From: Eledone cirrhosa
Taxonomy: Eukaryota
Length of the DNA: 64,000 bases
Reading direction: 5' to 3'
NCBI GenBank assembly: GCA_964016885.1
Contig: OZ024751.1
Span: 30,132,001 to 30,196,000, forward strand
Made by a program: the position numbers and the translations under genes. Below the pieces are notes generated by a model. The model saw only the letters and a program-made list of their open reading frames with translations. It had not been told where the DNA came from and searched no databases. Positions 1-14,789 of this stretch are shown piece by piece (position 1 is the first letter of the stretch; each line of letters starts with the position of its first letter).

Positions 1-565
1 ATTTGATGATAAAAGTGGTGTTGTATTGGTAGTGGTGGTGGTGGTAGTGGTGGAGGTGCTGTGATGGTGGTGTTGTATTGGTGGAGGTGGTGGTGTTGTA
101 ATGGTGTTGGTGGTGGATTGGTGGAGGTGGTAGTGTTGTAATGGTATTGGTGGTGGTGTTGTATTGGTGGAGGTGGTAGTGTTGTATTGGTGGAGGTGGT
201 AGTGTTGTATTGGTGGAGGTGGTGGTGTTGTATTGGGGGAGGTGGTAGTGTTGTAATGGTATTGGTGGTGGTGTTGTATTGGTGGAGGTGGTGGTGTTGT
301 ATTGGTGGAGGTGGTAGTGTTGAAATGGTGTTGGTGGTGGAGGTGGTGGTATTGTAATGGTGGTGGTGGTGGTCGTCGTGGTACTGTGATGGTGGTTTCG
401 TGGTGGTACTGTTGTGATGGTAATATCAGTGGTGTTGTGATGATGGTGTTGTATTGATGGTGATGGTGTTGTGGAGATGGTGATGTGAGTCTGGTGGTTG
501 TGTTGTGGTGGTGGTAGTGTAATGGCGATGGTGTTGTGATGGTGGGTGTGTTGTGGTGGTGGGGA
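1..565. repeat. Degenerate (GGT)n-rich minisatellite, unit about GGTGGAGGTGGTAGTGTTGTATT
   Basis: Tandem imperfect units visible directly. Confidence 0.85.
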
Positions 566-632
566 AATAGATGAGAGATGTGTTACACATACACACAAAT
601 ACACACTCATAGGCAATCACATATACACGAAG

Positions 633-681
<49 letters not shown>

Positions 682-874
682 CATCACACCTACTTGATCT
701 CTATTACATTCTCATCAGGTGACAATATACCAGGTTACAAGAACCAACCTGCCAACTGGTCTGCCACTTACGCTTCAAACGCACCGCAAGTGGATCTCCG
801 TCGGTTTCGACAGTCAACATGACTACCTGCTCCTGTTGAAATTGGAGTGTAGATAGCTGAGTATTCCACCGAAG

Positions 875-935
875 AAACGCCGTATGTCAATATGGCGCTC
901 CACCGACTCTATCAGGAGTTACGGGACCACACCAT
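875..935 (+). mobile_element. Orphan 3' tail module of the extended-tail (X) SINE or of its partner LINE
   Basis: gaaacgccgtatgtcaat...ggagttacgggacca matches 27300-27358 (+) and 28158-28216 (-). Confidence 0.6.
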
Positions 936-1047
936 GCCATGTGTGTGCGTGCGTGTGGATATATACATGTATGCATACATGTATGTATACATGTATGTAT
1001 GTGTGTGTATACATGTATGTATATATATATGTGTGTATACATGTGTT

Positions 1048-1230
1048 TTGGCAGTATCGGTAGAAGGTCGGACGCCATGTGTTGCAGCATAGAGTTACGC
1101 CCCTTTATAGTCTGAGTTCAAATCCCGCTGAGGTTCACTTTGCCTTTCATCCTTACGAGGTCGATAAAATAAAGTACCAGTAATGCACTGGTGTAATTGC
1201 TGGCCTTGTGCCAAAAGTAGAAACAATTAT
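1048..1230 (+). mobile_element. tRNA-derived SINE, short-tail (S) variant
   Basis: A-box-like tggcagtatcggtag, B-box gagttcaaatccc, core gcctttcatccttacgaggtcgataaaataaagtaccag, tail ggccttgtgccaaaagtagaaac-att. Many copies in the window. Confidence 0.9.
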
Positions 1231-1664
1231 ATATCCACCACAGTCTATAACTGGTTTTAGCCCTTAGACTGCCACCCGGTTGTATCACTTTCCTTCGATA
1301 CCCGCTTCAATACTTTTTTTTCAAGTCGAGTGTTTATTTTATTGATTACTCGTTGTCGAGTCGCTAAGTTACAAGACATAAACGCACACACATGCACAGA
1401 CACGCACACACACACACACGCAAGTATACACACACGCAAGCACACACACACACACACACGCAAACACACACACGCAGACACACACACGCGCAGACACGCA
1501 CACACATACACACTTGCATGACGTGTTTCAGCGCAGTTTCTATCAAACATGTTTCCCTAACAAAGCGTTGGTCAACGTGAGGCATGATCGTCAAGGACAC
1601 TTTACCTCTCTCCTTGAACGGGTGAACACGATACACACACTCGCACACACACACACGCACACGC

Positions 1665-1702
<38 letters not shown>

Positions 1703-1975
1703 CATACACACACAACACGACACACAGTCCTTCAATTTAGAAAGTAAACAGATAATTCTTCAAAAACTCACGAGCTCAGAAAAAGACATGTTTGCCACTG
1801 TAACTCCAAGCAACAACAATAACAACTGCAACAATAACAATAATATTGATAAAGATATTTTTAACCGAAATAAAAGTATAATTACATTGATAAGGGTTTC
1901 TTTAACCGAAATAAAAGTAATAACACCAAAGTATTGTCCTCTTCCTTTCAGTAGTAAGTAGAATATACTGGGTAG

Positions 1976-2622
1976 CGTGTTTTTGTTGTTGTTGTTGGTG
2001 GTGGTGGTGGGGCTTGTAGTGATATTGTTCGTGGTGGTAGTGTTGGTAGTAGAAGTGTTGGTGGTGGTGGTAGTGGTGGTGATGATGTTGATTTTGGTGT
2101 TGTTGTTGTTGTTGGTGGTGGTGGTCTTGACGTTGTTGGTGGTGGTGGTGTTGTTGTTGGTAGTGTTGGTGGTGGTGTTGATGTTGTTGTTGGTTGTAGT
2201 AATGTTGTTGGTAGTGTTGGTGGTGGTGTTGTTGTTGGTAGTGTTGGTGGTGGTGTTGATGTTGTTGTTGGTTGTAGTAATGTTGTTGGTAGTGTTGGTG
2301 GTGGTGTTGTTGGTGGTGGTGTTGGTGTTTGTAGTGATATTATTCGTGGTGTTGTTGTTGATAGTGCTGGTGTTGGTGGTGGAGTGTTGGTGGTGGTGTT
2401 ATTGGTAGTGGTTTTGTTGTTGTTGGTAGTAGTTTTGTTGTTGTTGTATTGGTGGTGGAGTGTTGTTGGTAGTGGCGTTGGTGGTGATGTTGGTAGTATT
2501 CTTGGTGGTGGTGTTGGTATTATTGGTGGTGGTAGTGTTGTTGTTGGTGGTGTTGGTAGTGTAGTGGTGGTGGTGGTGTTGGTAGTGTTGTTGTTGGTGG
2601 TGTTGGTAGAGTGGTGGTGGGG
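1976..2622. repeat. (GTT/GGT)n low-complexity tract
   Basis: Direct inspection. Confidence 0.9.
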
Positions 2623-2755
2623 TTGTCTGTTAGGCTTGGGTAGAATTTCTGTGTTGTGTACTTTTTTTACTGTCTCTTGTTCCCTGCCAGACGTGTCTAG
2701 CGGAAGGATAGACTCATTAAGGATTTAACTAACAAGTGTACTAGCCCTTGGGGAC

Positions 2756-2824
<69 letters not shown>

Positions 2825-2969
2825 GACGGGAACCCACACGCACACAGATCTCCTGAGAGAAAGGGAGACAGGCGAAGAGAGACATAGGAGTGAGATACGG
2901 AGAGGGACAGGCAGATAGACAGAGACAAGAAGACGAAGAGAGAAAAGGCAGTGAGCAAGAAAGACAGCA

Positions 2970-3026
<57 letters not shown>

Positions 3027-3299
3027 CTATTTGACCGATATGAAATGAAATGACAAAAAGTATCGAACGTGAAAATAACGGTAAAAATATTCTGCGTGCT
3101 GAAATCTCCTCTGAAATAATGGAATAGGTTCTTGGAAACCTGCCACTTGCTCTATTTTGGTAATATTAATCTTGGGATTCCACACTATGGAGTGTACCAC
3201 AGTAGTAGTAGTAGTGGTAGTAGTAGCGGTGGTGGTAGTAGCTGTAGTTGGGGTGGTAGTAGTAGTGATGGTGGGAGTTGAGGAAAAGTACTTCACTAT

Positions 3300-4511
<1,212 letters not shown>

Positions 4512-4890
4512 ATAATAATAAATTTGAAGACTATATATATAAGGAAAAGAAATCGAAAATGCAACTGGAGTCTTTTTAAGAATATTTATTTATTTCCTTT
4601 ACCGGTTTCACAATTGTTATGCTTTTCAAAAGTAGAATTGAGATGGAGGGTTTGTATTGTGTCTGTGTGTGTATATATATATATATATGTGTGTATATAT
4701 ATATATATATATAAATATATATATATGTGTGTGTGTATAAACACGCACACACGTAACTAAATCCGTCAATAATTGCCTTAACTTGAACACAAACAAGTCT
4801 ACACCAAACCAATGTTATCCACTAACACAAGCACTAACACTTGATCCCACACAGGTACCTCTGTTAGAGACCTGGCATATATAATATATA

Positions 4891-5250
4891 ATATACGATA
4901 TTAATAAATGGAGACTATATTTATAAAACCATATTTATTTCATTATACATATTTCAGGGATACCACATTAAATTATGGTATGCCTTCATCCAAAAGTAAT
5001 GGTTGCATTTTAAAAGGGTACGTCAAAGCTATTTGTAAAACTGTTATATATTGTATTTTGTCTGATGAAGGCATACCATAATTTAATGTGGTATCCCTGA
5101 AATTTGTATAATGAAATAAATATGGTTTTATAAATATAGTCTCCATTTATTAATATCGTATATCTACTCCAAAATCTTGTCGAGTGCTTTATATCAGTTA
5201 TAAAAATATTTACTTGTTGTATCCCAACAATTTTAAATAGAACTTTTGCA
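4891..5250 (+). mobile_element. Fold-back element family A (Penelope-like pLTR remnant) in (TA)n
   Basis: 100-bp inverted arms 4891-4990 and 5064-5163 with one mismatch. Contains a hammerhead motif. Homologous to 52698-53066 and 58874-59040. Confidence 0.75.
5054..5118 (+). ncRNA. Type I hammerhead ribozyme motif (minimal stem III)
   Basis: Stem I UAUUUUGU/AUGAAAUA, CUGAUGA at 5062-5068, stem II AGGCAUACCAUA/UGUGGUAUCCCU, GAAA at 5099-5102, then UUUGUA-UA with predicted cleavage after 5110. Confidence 0.75.
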
Positions 5251-5260
5251 TATATATATA

Positions 5261-5342
<82 letters not shown>

Positions 5343-5346
<4 letters not shown>

Positions 5347-5660
5347 ACAAGGGAAAAGGAATATAGTACTCAATGGAGAAGAGAACTGATATATTATTTA
5401 TTTATGTTCATACACGGAATAAAAAGTGCTACTTAAGTTTTCAATGCCCTTTAACGGTATCTTAAAAACTAGTCTAAACGCCTGATGATTAGGTGACAAT
5501 CTGGAGATATGGTCAATAATGGGCCTTGAAGCCTTAGGTAGCGCTTTTGCTCCGTGTGTGAACATAAATAAACACTATATATGTGTATATCAAGCGTTAA
5601 CCTAATATATCCCTTCCATATACTGTACCGATTGTGTTGTTACCTGTTTATCTTTTACAT
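5343..5660. mobile_element. Diverged fold-back element between (TG)n and (TA)n, with a degenerate hammerhead-like core
   Basis: Imperfect inverted arms about 5397-5452 and 5518-5572. ctgatga at 5482, minus arm reads GAAA-ACUUAAG-UA, ttgagtact motif on the minus strand at 5365-5374. Confidence 0.5.
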
Positions 5661-5671
5661 ATATATATATA

Positions 5672-5835
5672 TGAATTGAAAGGGGCAAGGCTGTGGTTAC
5701 TAAGAGAATAAAGGAAACAAACATAGAGATAGACATTTCCCCCTCTTCAGTTGCCTCGGATGTTTCGACCTGCAGCAGACAACTGAAGAGGGGAAATATC
5801 TATTTCTATATTTGTGTTTCCTTTATTCCCTACAC
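5672..5835. mobile_element. Small fold-back element in (TA)n
   Basis: Inverted arms 5706-5753 and 5780-5828, with TA runs on both sides. Confidence 0.55.
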
Positions 5836-6197
5836 TATATATATATATACACACACGCACGCACGCACGCACGCACGCACGCGCGCGCGAAATCATGACT
5901 GTTAATTGTCTTACATAGATAAAACACTTTAACCAAATTAACGCCGTCCACTTACATAAACTAAACGTGACCTATAAGAAATACACCACACTAAACATAG
6001 ATTGAAACTAATCACGCTCACCAAAACTAAATCCAAAACACTCTAGCATTTCAACAATTAAATATATACCAATTACTGTTATAGTGGCGACGAATGTCAT
6101 CCGGCCGCAGTCATAATATTATGTGCTTTCTCTATATCTTTTGTCTATATGTTTTTTTATGTGTATATACCGACGAAAGTTATATCTTTATTAGGAA

Positions 6198-6935
6198 CTA
6201 GCAGTGGTACCCGGGATTGCACGTGATAAGGTATTTTGGAACGCGAGCCGCCAACAGACCTTATCGTGGAAAAACTGCATGCTTGGACAATATGTAAAGA
6301 AAATAAACCGAATACTTTGATGGCTGGATAATCTTTAAGATTTTCCTCGATGAAACAGGAAAAATGCAGGTTTTCACCTAATGAATTTTTTTTATGTACA
6401 TAATATGCCTTGAAATTTCTGGAAAATCGGCTAGACGTAACGCCTCAAAAAAAAGCCCTAAAAAGCTGTAAAAATGAAGTTTTTCACCTAATGCGGGCCC
6501 TAGGCCATAAAATAGTTGGATTTTCTTTGCTCACGGTATGAAGAAGACAATGACTAATACATAGTTACAATTTCAAGGAAATCGGTCTGACGTAACGCCT
6601 CAAATTCCTAAAAAGCTGAAAAAACGCAGTTTTTCACCTAATGCGGGCCCTCGGCGATCAAAAAGTTGAATTTTATGTGCATAACACTCCCTGAAGCATA
6701 AGTAATACACATGTAAAGTTTGAAAAAAATCGGTTGGGTATTTCTCGAGCTTTAGGGATTCAAACAAACACACACAGAGACACACACACAGAGACACACA
6801 CACAGACAGAGACAGACAGACAGACAGAGAGACAGACAGAGAGACAGAGAGACAGACAGAGAGACAGAGAGACAGACAGAGAGACAGAGAAATAGACAGA
6901 CAGACAGAGACATCCTCAGTTTTATATATATATAA
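6198..6935 (-). mobile_element. Non-autonomous Helitron-like element
   Basis: Minus strand starts tatatatataaaactgagg, continues with a (CTGT)n tract and ccgatttttttcaaactt, and ends with a GC-rich subterminal segment plus CTAG (6198-6201) before a T. Internal ~150-bp tandem units. The 5' TC is not preserved. Confidence 0.7.
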
Positions 6936-7299
6936 CATCGTTGCATTGGAGTACGATAGGTCAGCGGTTCAATTCGGAAGCTGTAGATATCCACTTGGCC
7001 GGTTATGACCTCTGTTTTGTAATCAAAGAAATTCTTCTCCAAAAATACAAGAAATATGAATAAAATGAACTGACGACAGATTTCAATGTTAAGCAAACAT
7101 TTAAAAAATATATTTTTAGAATTTTTAACATTTTTCCTGAATGGTTTGAAAATATCAAGGGAAAAGTTGTAGGACATGTGGATGTGCCTGTAATATTAAT
7201 AATACCCCCTCCTCTATCTCGCCACATACCTTCTCTCTCTCTCTTTCTGTAATATTAACATTAACCTCTATATCTTGCCTCATTCTCTCTAACCCTGCT

Positions 7300-7548
7300 G
7301 TCTATTTCTCTCTCTCGCTCTCTCTCTCGCTCTCTCTCGCGCTCGGTCTCTCTATTTCTCTCTCTCGCTCTCTCTCTCGCTCGGTCTCTCTCTCTCTCTC
7401 GCTCGCTCTGTTTCTCTCTTTTTTCTCTTTCTTTCTCTCTTTTTCTCTCTCTATTCTCTTTATTTCTCTCTCTTTCCCTCTCTATCTTTCTCTCTCTTTT
7501 TCTTTCTTTCTCACTCTCTCTCTTTTTCTCATTCTTTCTCTTTCTCTT

Positions 7549-7579
<31 letters not shown>

Positions 7580-7669
7580 TACTCTTTCTTTCTCTTACTC
7601 TCTCTCTCTCTCTCTTTCTGTAATAGGAATATCCTCCTCCTCTGTATCTGGCTTCATTGTCTCCCCCCC

Positions 7670-7751
<82 letters not shown>

Positions 7752-7842
7752 TACGTACACAGTGATATAGTATTAACGCCTTCCATTTCATCTAGCCTCT
7801 CTATCTTACTCTCTATCTTGCTCGCTATCTATCTTACTCTTT

Positions 7843-7920
<78 letters not shown>
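7300..7920. repeat. (CT)n and (CA)n microsatellites
   Basis: Direct inspection. Confidence 0.9.
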
Positions 7921-7921
<1 letters not shown>

Positions 7922-8431
7922 TCAAACAGCCACATTCGTTCAAACACGCACACTTACATAAACCCATTGTCCCTCTGTCCGTTTGTCTGTCTCTATTTCT
8001 CCCCACCAGCTTCCTTTCTCATTTATTTGTGTGCAGGGATGTTGATAGATGCATTAATCAATGTTCAGTTTTCAAAAACTGGAAAAACGTTCGTGATACA
8101 GAAATACAATGAAAAACAATAACAACAACAAGCAAAGAAAACATTAGTTTGATCTGTTCCAAAGTGGAAAAGGGTGTCATAACAGTTACGTTAGATCCCT
8201 ACAAATGGAATATTCTTCAGACAGGCAATCCCAGTACAGTTTAATTGGCCTTCCATCAACGTCTTGTAAAAAACAAAATCATCCAGTCTGCTGTGTGGAA
8301 GATAATATAAAATAGGAATTTAGGTGATTTTAACAGAAATAGTTACATTTTACAGCAAGGATCCCTAAACATTTTAGACTAGTGATACCATTATGGAGTC
8401 CTTGATCTCTTTCATCTGCCCTAACCATATA

Positions 8432-8626
8432 CAGACCTGTCAACTCGCTCCGTCGGACGGAGAGATCTCCCACCCACCTTGGGGTGAGTGAGAGATGTCT
8501 TCTCTTGTGAAAATGGGTATAGTTTTCATTATGTAAAATCTCTCCATTTTACCGTATTTCTCCCCGTTTTGGGGCACTTGTTTTCATGGTACTCCCCGTT
8601 TGGATTTATTGAGGTTGACAGGTCAG
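8432..8626. mobile_element. MITE with hAT-like TIRs
   Basis: TIRs cagacctgtcaac / gttgacaggtcag. No clean 8-bp TSD. Confidence 0.6.
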
Positions 8627-8689
8627 CATGTATGTGTGTATATATTGACCCCTAACTCTTCATAAATTCGGACGTGCGCCGTCATTATA

Positions 8690-8915
8690 ATTTAAACCTG
8701 GCGAAACCCATCTCCTCTCTACGGCTGAATACAGACGATTTCTTCGAGAGAAGGAGAGAGAGAAGAATCGATATCAGTACTGAATTGGTACTTTTTTATC
8801 GATCTCGAAAGGATAAAAGGCAAAGTTGACCTCAACAGGATTTGAACTCAGAGAACCGAACGAATATCGCAAATTATTCTATCTGATGTTCTAATGACTG
8901 TCAGTTCGCCGCCGC
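8690..8915 (-). mobile_element. Old SINE copy, extended-tail (X) variant
   Basis: Diverged core and B-box (ggatttgaactcag on +) plus the tail piece tttaaacctgg shared with 14810 and 28226. Confidence 0.7.
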
Positions 8916-10233
8916 GCCCCAAGACGTGAACAAAAACATATAAACCAGAAAAGAGAATATAAAATAAATATTTGGAGAGAGAGAAATTAAAAACGGATCT
9001 TCTTGAGTCAATGCAAGATGTCGCCATTTTTATAAGATGAACGGATTTAGTCCTCTGAATTTCCACTACTACTACCACTGCAACTACTACCTCCATCATC
9101 ACCACCACCACCACTACTATTACTGCTGCTGCTGTTACGGTTTAAATATGGTGCGTAATGACTTTGTACTTTACGCACACACAGAAAGAAGAAGAAGAAA
9201 AAACGAGTTCATAACTTTATAGTCTTTTATTATAAATTATTATTTTTCTGGTGCCTCAAATTAGAAATGAAGAAGGAGGCAAATGAAATAAAAAATTTTT
9301 TGAAGCTCTGAACGAACTCTAAAAATATTCAGAACGATGTTAGCCATGGAGAAATTATGAAGTTTAAAACTATCATTAAAGCAATATTACTGTATCACTC
9401 CGCCGTGTATGGTTAACTCAGACAGTAACAACAACAACAACCACACCAACAACTAACCAAACACAAACAAAAACATGAACAACATCAATAATAACAACAA
9501 CAACAACAACAAAAATATGTAAATCTATAGGGAAAAATATCGATAGAGATAGCTGAGATAAGCCGGGCGTAGAGTTAATTACTGAGTCTGGCTAAAATTG
9601 CCTCCCCTTTTATTTTCGTTGCAATTACTAAGCGCTCCTGTATACATTATGACCTGCAAAGATGAATTGTGTGATTACAATAATTTAAACATCAAAAGGC
9701 GACGATTAAAGTTTTTAATGTTTTAATAGCACCATTAAGCGGACATTCCTACAGCAGACCTGAGGTTAACTGTTTCCTTAGCAATCCATTAGGTTAAGGA
9801 CATCCAGCTTGAAGACTGCTGGCGAAATTAACTTAAGATTTTCCTAATTTACTAATTGTCTAACGCTGTCTTCCAAAGGTAAAAGGTGAAGACTGGTAAA
9901 TGTTGTACAGCACAGCAGCAGCAACGGCGGCAGCACAGCAGCAGCAACAGCGGCACCAGCAGCAGCATAACGTCTGCTGGTGGTGGTGGTGCTGTTGTTG
10001 GTGCTGTGCAACATACGCCAGAAATCTCAAGAGACTGCAGCAGCAACGCACCAACAAACGTTATATATATATATATATATATATATTGTGTGTGTGTATA
10101 TGTACCTCTCTAACAATATATTCACACATTCATACACATATGTCTATATGTCTATATTAAATTTATTTATATTTGAATATATATGTACTTTTTATTAACA
10201 CACACACACACATATACTCGCATAAACGCGCGC

Positions 10234-10283
<50 letters not shown>

Positions 10284-10438
10284 ATTGAAAACACGACTGT
10301 TTTTGCTTTATCACTTTTTATCAAATCTTCCATATTTCGCAAGAGTTCCTTGTCGTTTGTTAAAAAGAGTATAAAGTTCCTAAATGGATCATCAACGTAT
10401 CTAGACTTTCACAGTTTCGTCTTCAGAACACACACACA

Positions 10439-10514
<76 letters not shown>

Positions 10515-10649
10515 TAGTGTATTGGTGTATAACGTTTAGTTACATTCATTAGAGAATCCACAAGTCTGATCAGATATCGGACGCGATCAATACCGATCGT
10601 ACCTTGAACTGGTCGGTCGCGAAACGCGCGTCACATGTGTATAAACATA

Positions 10650-10832
10650 ATTGTTTCTACTTTTGGCACAAGGCCAGCAATTATCCAGTGCATTACTGGT
10701 ACTTTATTTTATCGACCCCGTAAGGATGAAAGGCAAAGTTAACCTCGGTGGGATTTGAACTCAGACCATAAAGGGGCGTAATTCTATGTTGGAAAGCATG
10801 GCGTCCGACCCTCTACTGATACTGCCAATCCA
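10650..10832 (-). mobile_element. SINE, S variant, with a 17-bp TSD
   Basis: Full head, core and tail. Flanked by atgtgtataaacataat (10635-10651) and atgtgaataaacataat (10833-10849). Confidence 0.92.
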
Positions 10833-10865
10833 ATGTGAATAAACATAATGATGCTATAATGATAC

Positions 10866-10941
<76 letters not shown>

Positions 10942-10944
<3 letters not shown>

Positions 10945-11128
10945 CGAAGGAAATGTGGTATGGAACCAGATGGACCATAACGCACCAAAGTACTCAATAC
11001 TTAGAGTAGTAGAGTGGGCTAGGGTTAGGACATTTCCTCTTACATCTCTCTCATTACCACCTGATTCTGTTACCCGGAGACATTTACCCATCTGCATTGT
11101 TGAGGCTTCCAAACGACCAATTAAATAC
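10942..11128 (-). mobile_element. (TA)n-embedded element sharing its 3' end with fold-back family G
   Basis: Reverse complement of 10942-11022 aligns to 37475-37555 and 47342-47422. Confidence 0.65.
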
Positions 11129-11427
11129 ACACACACATATATATATATATATATAGGGCGGGTAAAATTCCAGAGATCCATGGACGAGTTATTTTCATCG
11201 GTCTCTGTCTCTCATCGTCGCTGCCATGTCTTGCGTCTCCATGAATATGACAACAGGGTGAAATTAAGATACGAAAACATAGCATCCTGTCTTCATATTC
11301 TGTTATGAACCCATATCTTATTTAGAGAGGTACAACCGACGTGGAGTGCTTTACTTTATTTACATCGAAGTTGATTAAGGCGACGGAAACGCCATGCTAG
11401 TAATCATTTAATTAATCATTTAAATAA

Positions 11428-11476
<49 letters not shown>

Positions 11477-11893
11477 ATGTATATTTATATATATATGTAT
11501 ATATATATATATGTATATGTGTGTCTGTGTGTGTATGTATAGTTTTGAAAATAGAATTAGCTTTTACTAGAGGGTAATATTAGGGTTCATTTGCCCTAAT
11601 ATTAGACTCAGGAAATAGTTTAATATTAGGGTATATGAACCCTATACCGGAGTAAAATGGGCGTATGCTTGTTTTTACACCTCTTAACGCCACTCTCATA
11701 TTTAAACACACACACATTCACATTACACACACATACACACACATTCACATTACACACACGCACATACACATTACATACACACACATTCACATTACACACA
11801 CGCACATACACACCACGAAAATTGTTGAGAAAATAAGGCTAACAGTAGCAGTTACGCATCTTCACATAGCAACATGCGTACACACATACATAC

Positions 11894-11935
<42 letters not shown>

Positions 11936-14789
11936 GCGCATATATTCATATAAACATACACTTACATACACATATATTCATACACACACACACACACGCA
12001 CGTATGCTTACACAATCTCTAGACCCCCTGCACCCCCCCCCCCCCCCACACACACACATAAAAAAATAAAATTAAAAAGTAAACACTAAATAAAACAACG
12101 AAACAAAGTAAAACAACAGAAAAGTTTAAAAAACAAATAAACGAACGAAATTTGTTTCGGTTGGGACATCACGCCACCACCATAACTAGAAGATGAAAAG
12201 ATACAAGACATTCCTTCTCTGCCCACCACCACCAATCTTTGCTGTTTGTGTGTCTGTGTTTTACCAACATTTACCTCCACCACCCCTCAATCTAAACTAC
12301 AGCTACTACGCCGTACTTTAAAATAACACTATTACATTGCAAAACATTATCACAACAAATGAAGCAAGCTCAAGACCATGATGATGATGATGATGATGAA
12401 CAACAAACAAAGCAAACTTAAGACCACCACCACCACCTTATGACCACCACCACCACCACTACCATCATCATCATCAATAACAACAAACAAAGAAAACTTA
12501 AGACCACCATCACCATCAATAACAACAGACAAAGCAAGCACAAGACCAACAACAACAGCAATAAAGCAAAAGAAAGAAAAAAAAACACCACAAAAAATAC
12601 AAAAACAGGCGAAAGACCACTGACGACAATAACAACAATCAAAGCAAACTTAAGACCACCACTAACAACAACAAACAAAGCAAGCACAAGACCAACAACA
12701 ACGGTAGTAAAACAAAAATAAAACCACCACCAAAAACAACAACAAAGTAAGCGAAAGACTTCCGCTACCACCACCAACAACAACAACAAAAACAACAAAC
12801 AAAGCGGTACAAGACCAACAACAATAACAAAAGCAAGTAAAACAAACAGAAGACCATCACCAACAACAACAAGAGTAACAAGACATAAAAGAAAAAAGGA
12901 AAACCTTATGGTGACTAATTTACACATACGCCATGTTGTTTTTTCAATGATAGTGTTGTATGCAAATTAATCGCGAATTACAAAAAGAAAAAAAGATGGC
13001 AGACCGTAACACAAAAAAACAAAAACACTCTGAAATAAACACACACACACACACTTATAAATACGGACATATATACACACACACACTATATATAAGACGT
13101 ACGCATACACACATTTGTACAACGCACATGAACACATATATATCAACAACACACACTTACATATACATATATGTACTCACATATACGCATACTGAGATAT
13201 ATACACACATGTACAGTGAATACATAAACACATGCACACACACAAACCATTATATACGCAGACTCACACATCATGCAAATACACACACACAACACACACA
13301 TATACATGCAATCAGACATATACATGTACATACATAATACGTACACACATATTTATATATGTCCATGCGCACACACATACACAACATACACACACATATA
13401 TATTCTTTCACTTACAACATACACATATACAACATATACACACAAAAACCCTTACAACGTACATAAATACATATACACACACACAGAAACTTACATTTAC
13501 AACTTACACACATGCACAACCTATGCACACACACATATACACACGCAAATTTACACTCGCAAACTTACACTTACAACATACACACATGCACAACCTAAAC
13601 ACACATATATGCACAACACACACACACATTGCCAACATACACACATGCGCAACCTACACACACACACATATGCACTTACACACACACGCATACAAACTTA
13701 CATTTCCAACATACACATATGCGCAACCTACACACACATATATACACCTACACACACACGCACGCAAACTTACATTTACAACATACACGAAAATGAAAGT
13801 GAAAGTAGCCTTGCTATATGAAGAAGGGGGTGGGAGGTAAGTTTTAAAATCAAACAAGGGAAATAATTAAGTCAAACAACATTACTGGTGATTAGTAGTT
13901 AATTTCATCTTATTCTCTTTCTCTACAGTTTTCGCTTTTTTATGGCGGTCGGAATATATTTTCTTTCTTTTTCTTTACTGTATTTTGGTTTTTACTATCT
14001 TCTTTCTTACTCTTTTTCCATTTTACAGTCTTCTGGTCTCTACTATCTTTCTTCCTCTCTCTCTCACTCTCTCTCTCACTCTCTCTCTCACTCTCTCTCT
14101 CTTTCACTCTCTCTCTCTCTCCCTCTCTCTCTCTCTCTCTATTTCTTTCTCGCTCTCTTTCTCTCTCTCTATTTCTCTCTCCTTTTTACTATCTTCTTTC
14201 TTTCTCTCTCACCCTCTCTCTATCTTTCCTTATTTATTCTCCTCTGGCGTCTTTCTTTATTATTCTTTCTTCTTTCTTTCATTTTTCTACGCCCCCTTCT
14301 CCATGTTCTGTCTTCTCTTTTAGCTTGTGTCTTCTATCTTATCTTATCTTTTCTTTTCTTCATTTATCTAACTTTTTCTTATTACTTTGATTCGTTCTAT
14401 TTATTTTCCTACTTCGGCCGTTGCTTATTTAGCTTTTATCCGTTTCATCTGTTACTAACACCACCACTCTTAGTGGAGTTGTAGACGCGATGTAATGAAA
14501 TATTGTGTGTATTGTAAACCTGACTGAACCATCGTTTCTCCAGGTTTGAACACAACAGAGAGAGAGAGAGAGAGAGAGAGATTGAGGTGGAATCTACCCC
14601 AAAGAATGAAACTGGAAGTTGACTTCGGTGGGGTTTGAACTCAAAGTGCAGGAAGAAATAACATAAATCAATCTAACCGTAGTTCTAACGACTCTGGCAA
14701 TTCACCACCAATCAACTTATTGAATATTTATCATATATTTAATTATGTAAGATTCCTTACCACTCCCGAGGGACAAGGTATTGACATAC

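Noticed and set aside
10565-10640. GAAA-CGCGCG-UC hammerhead 3' half with a stem before it
   Set aside because: No correctly placed CUGANGA or stem I partner. At best a decayed relic.
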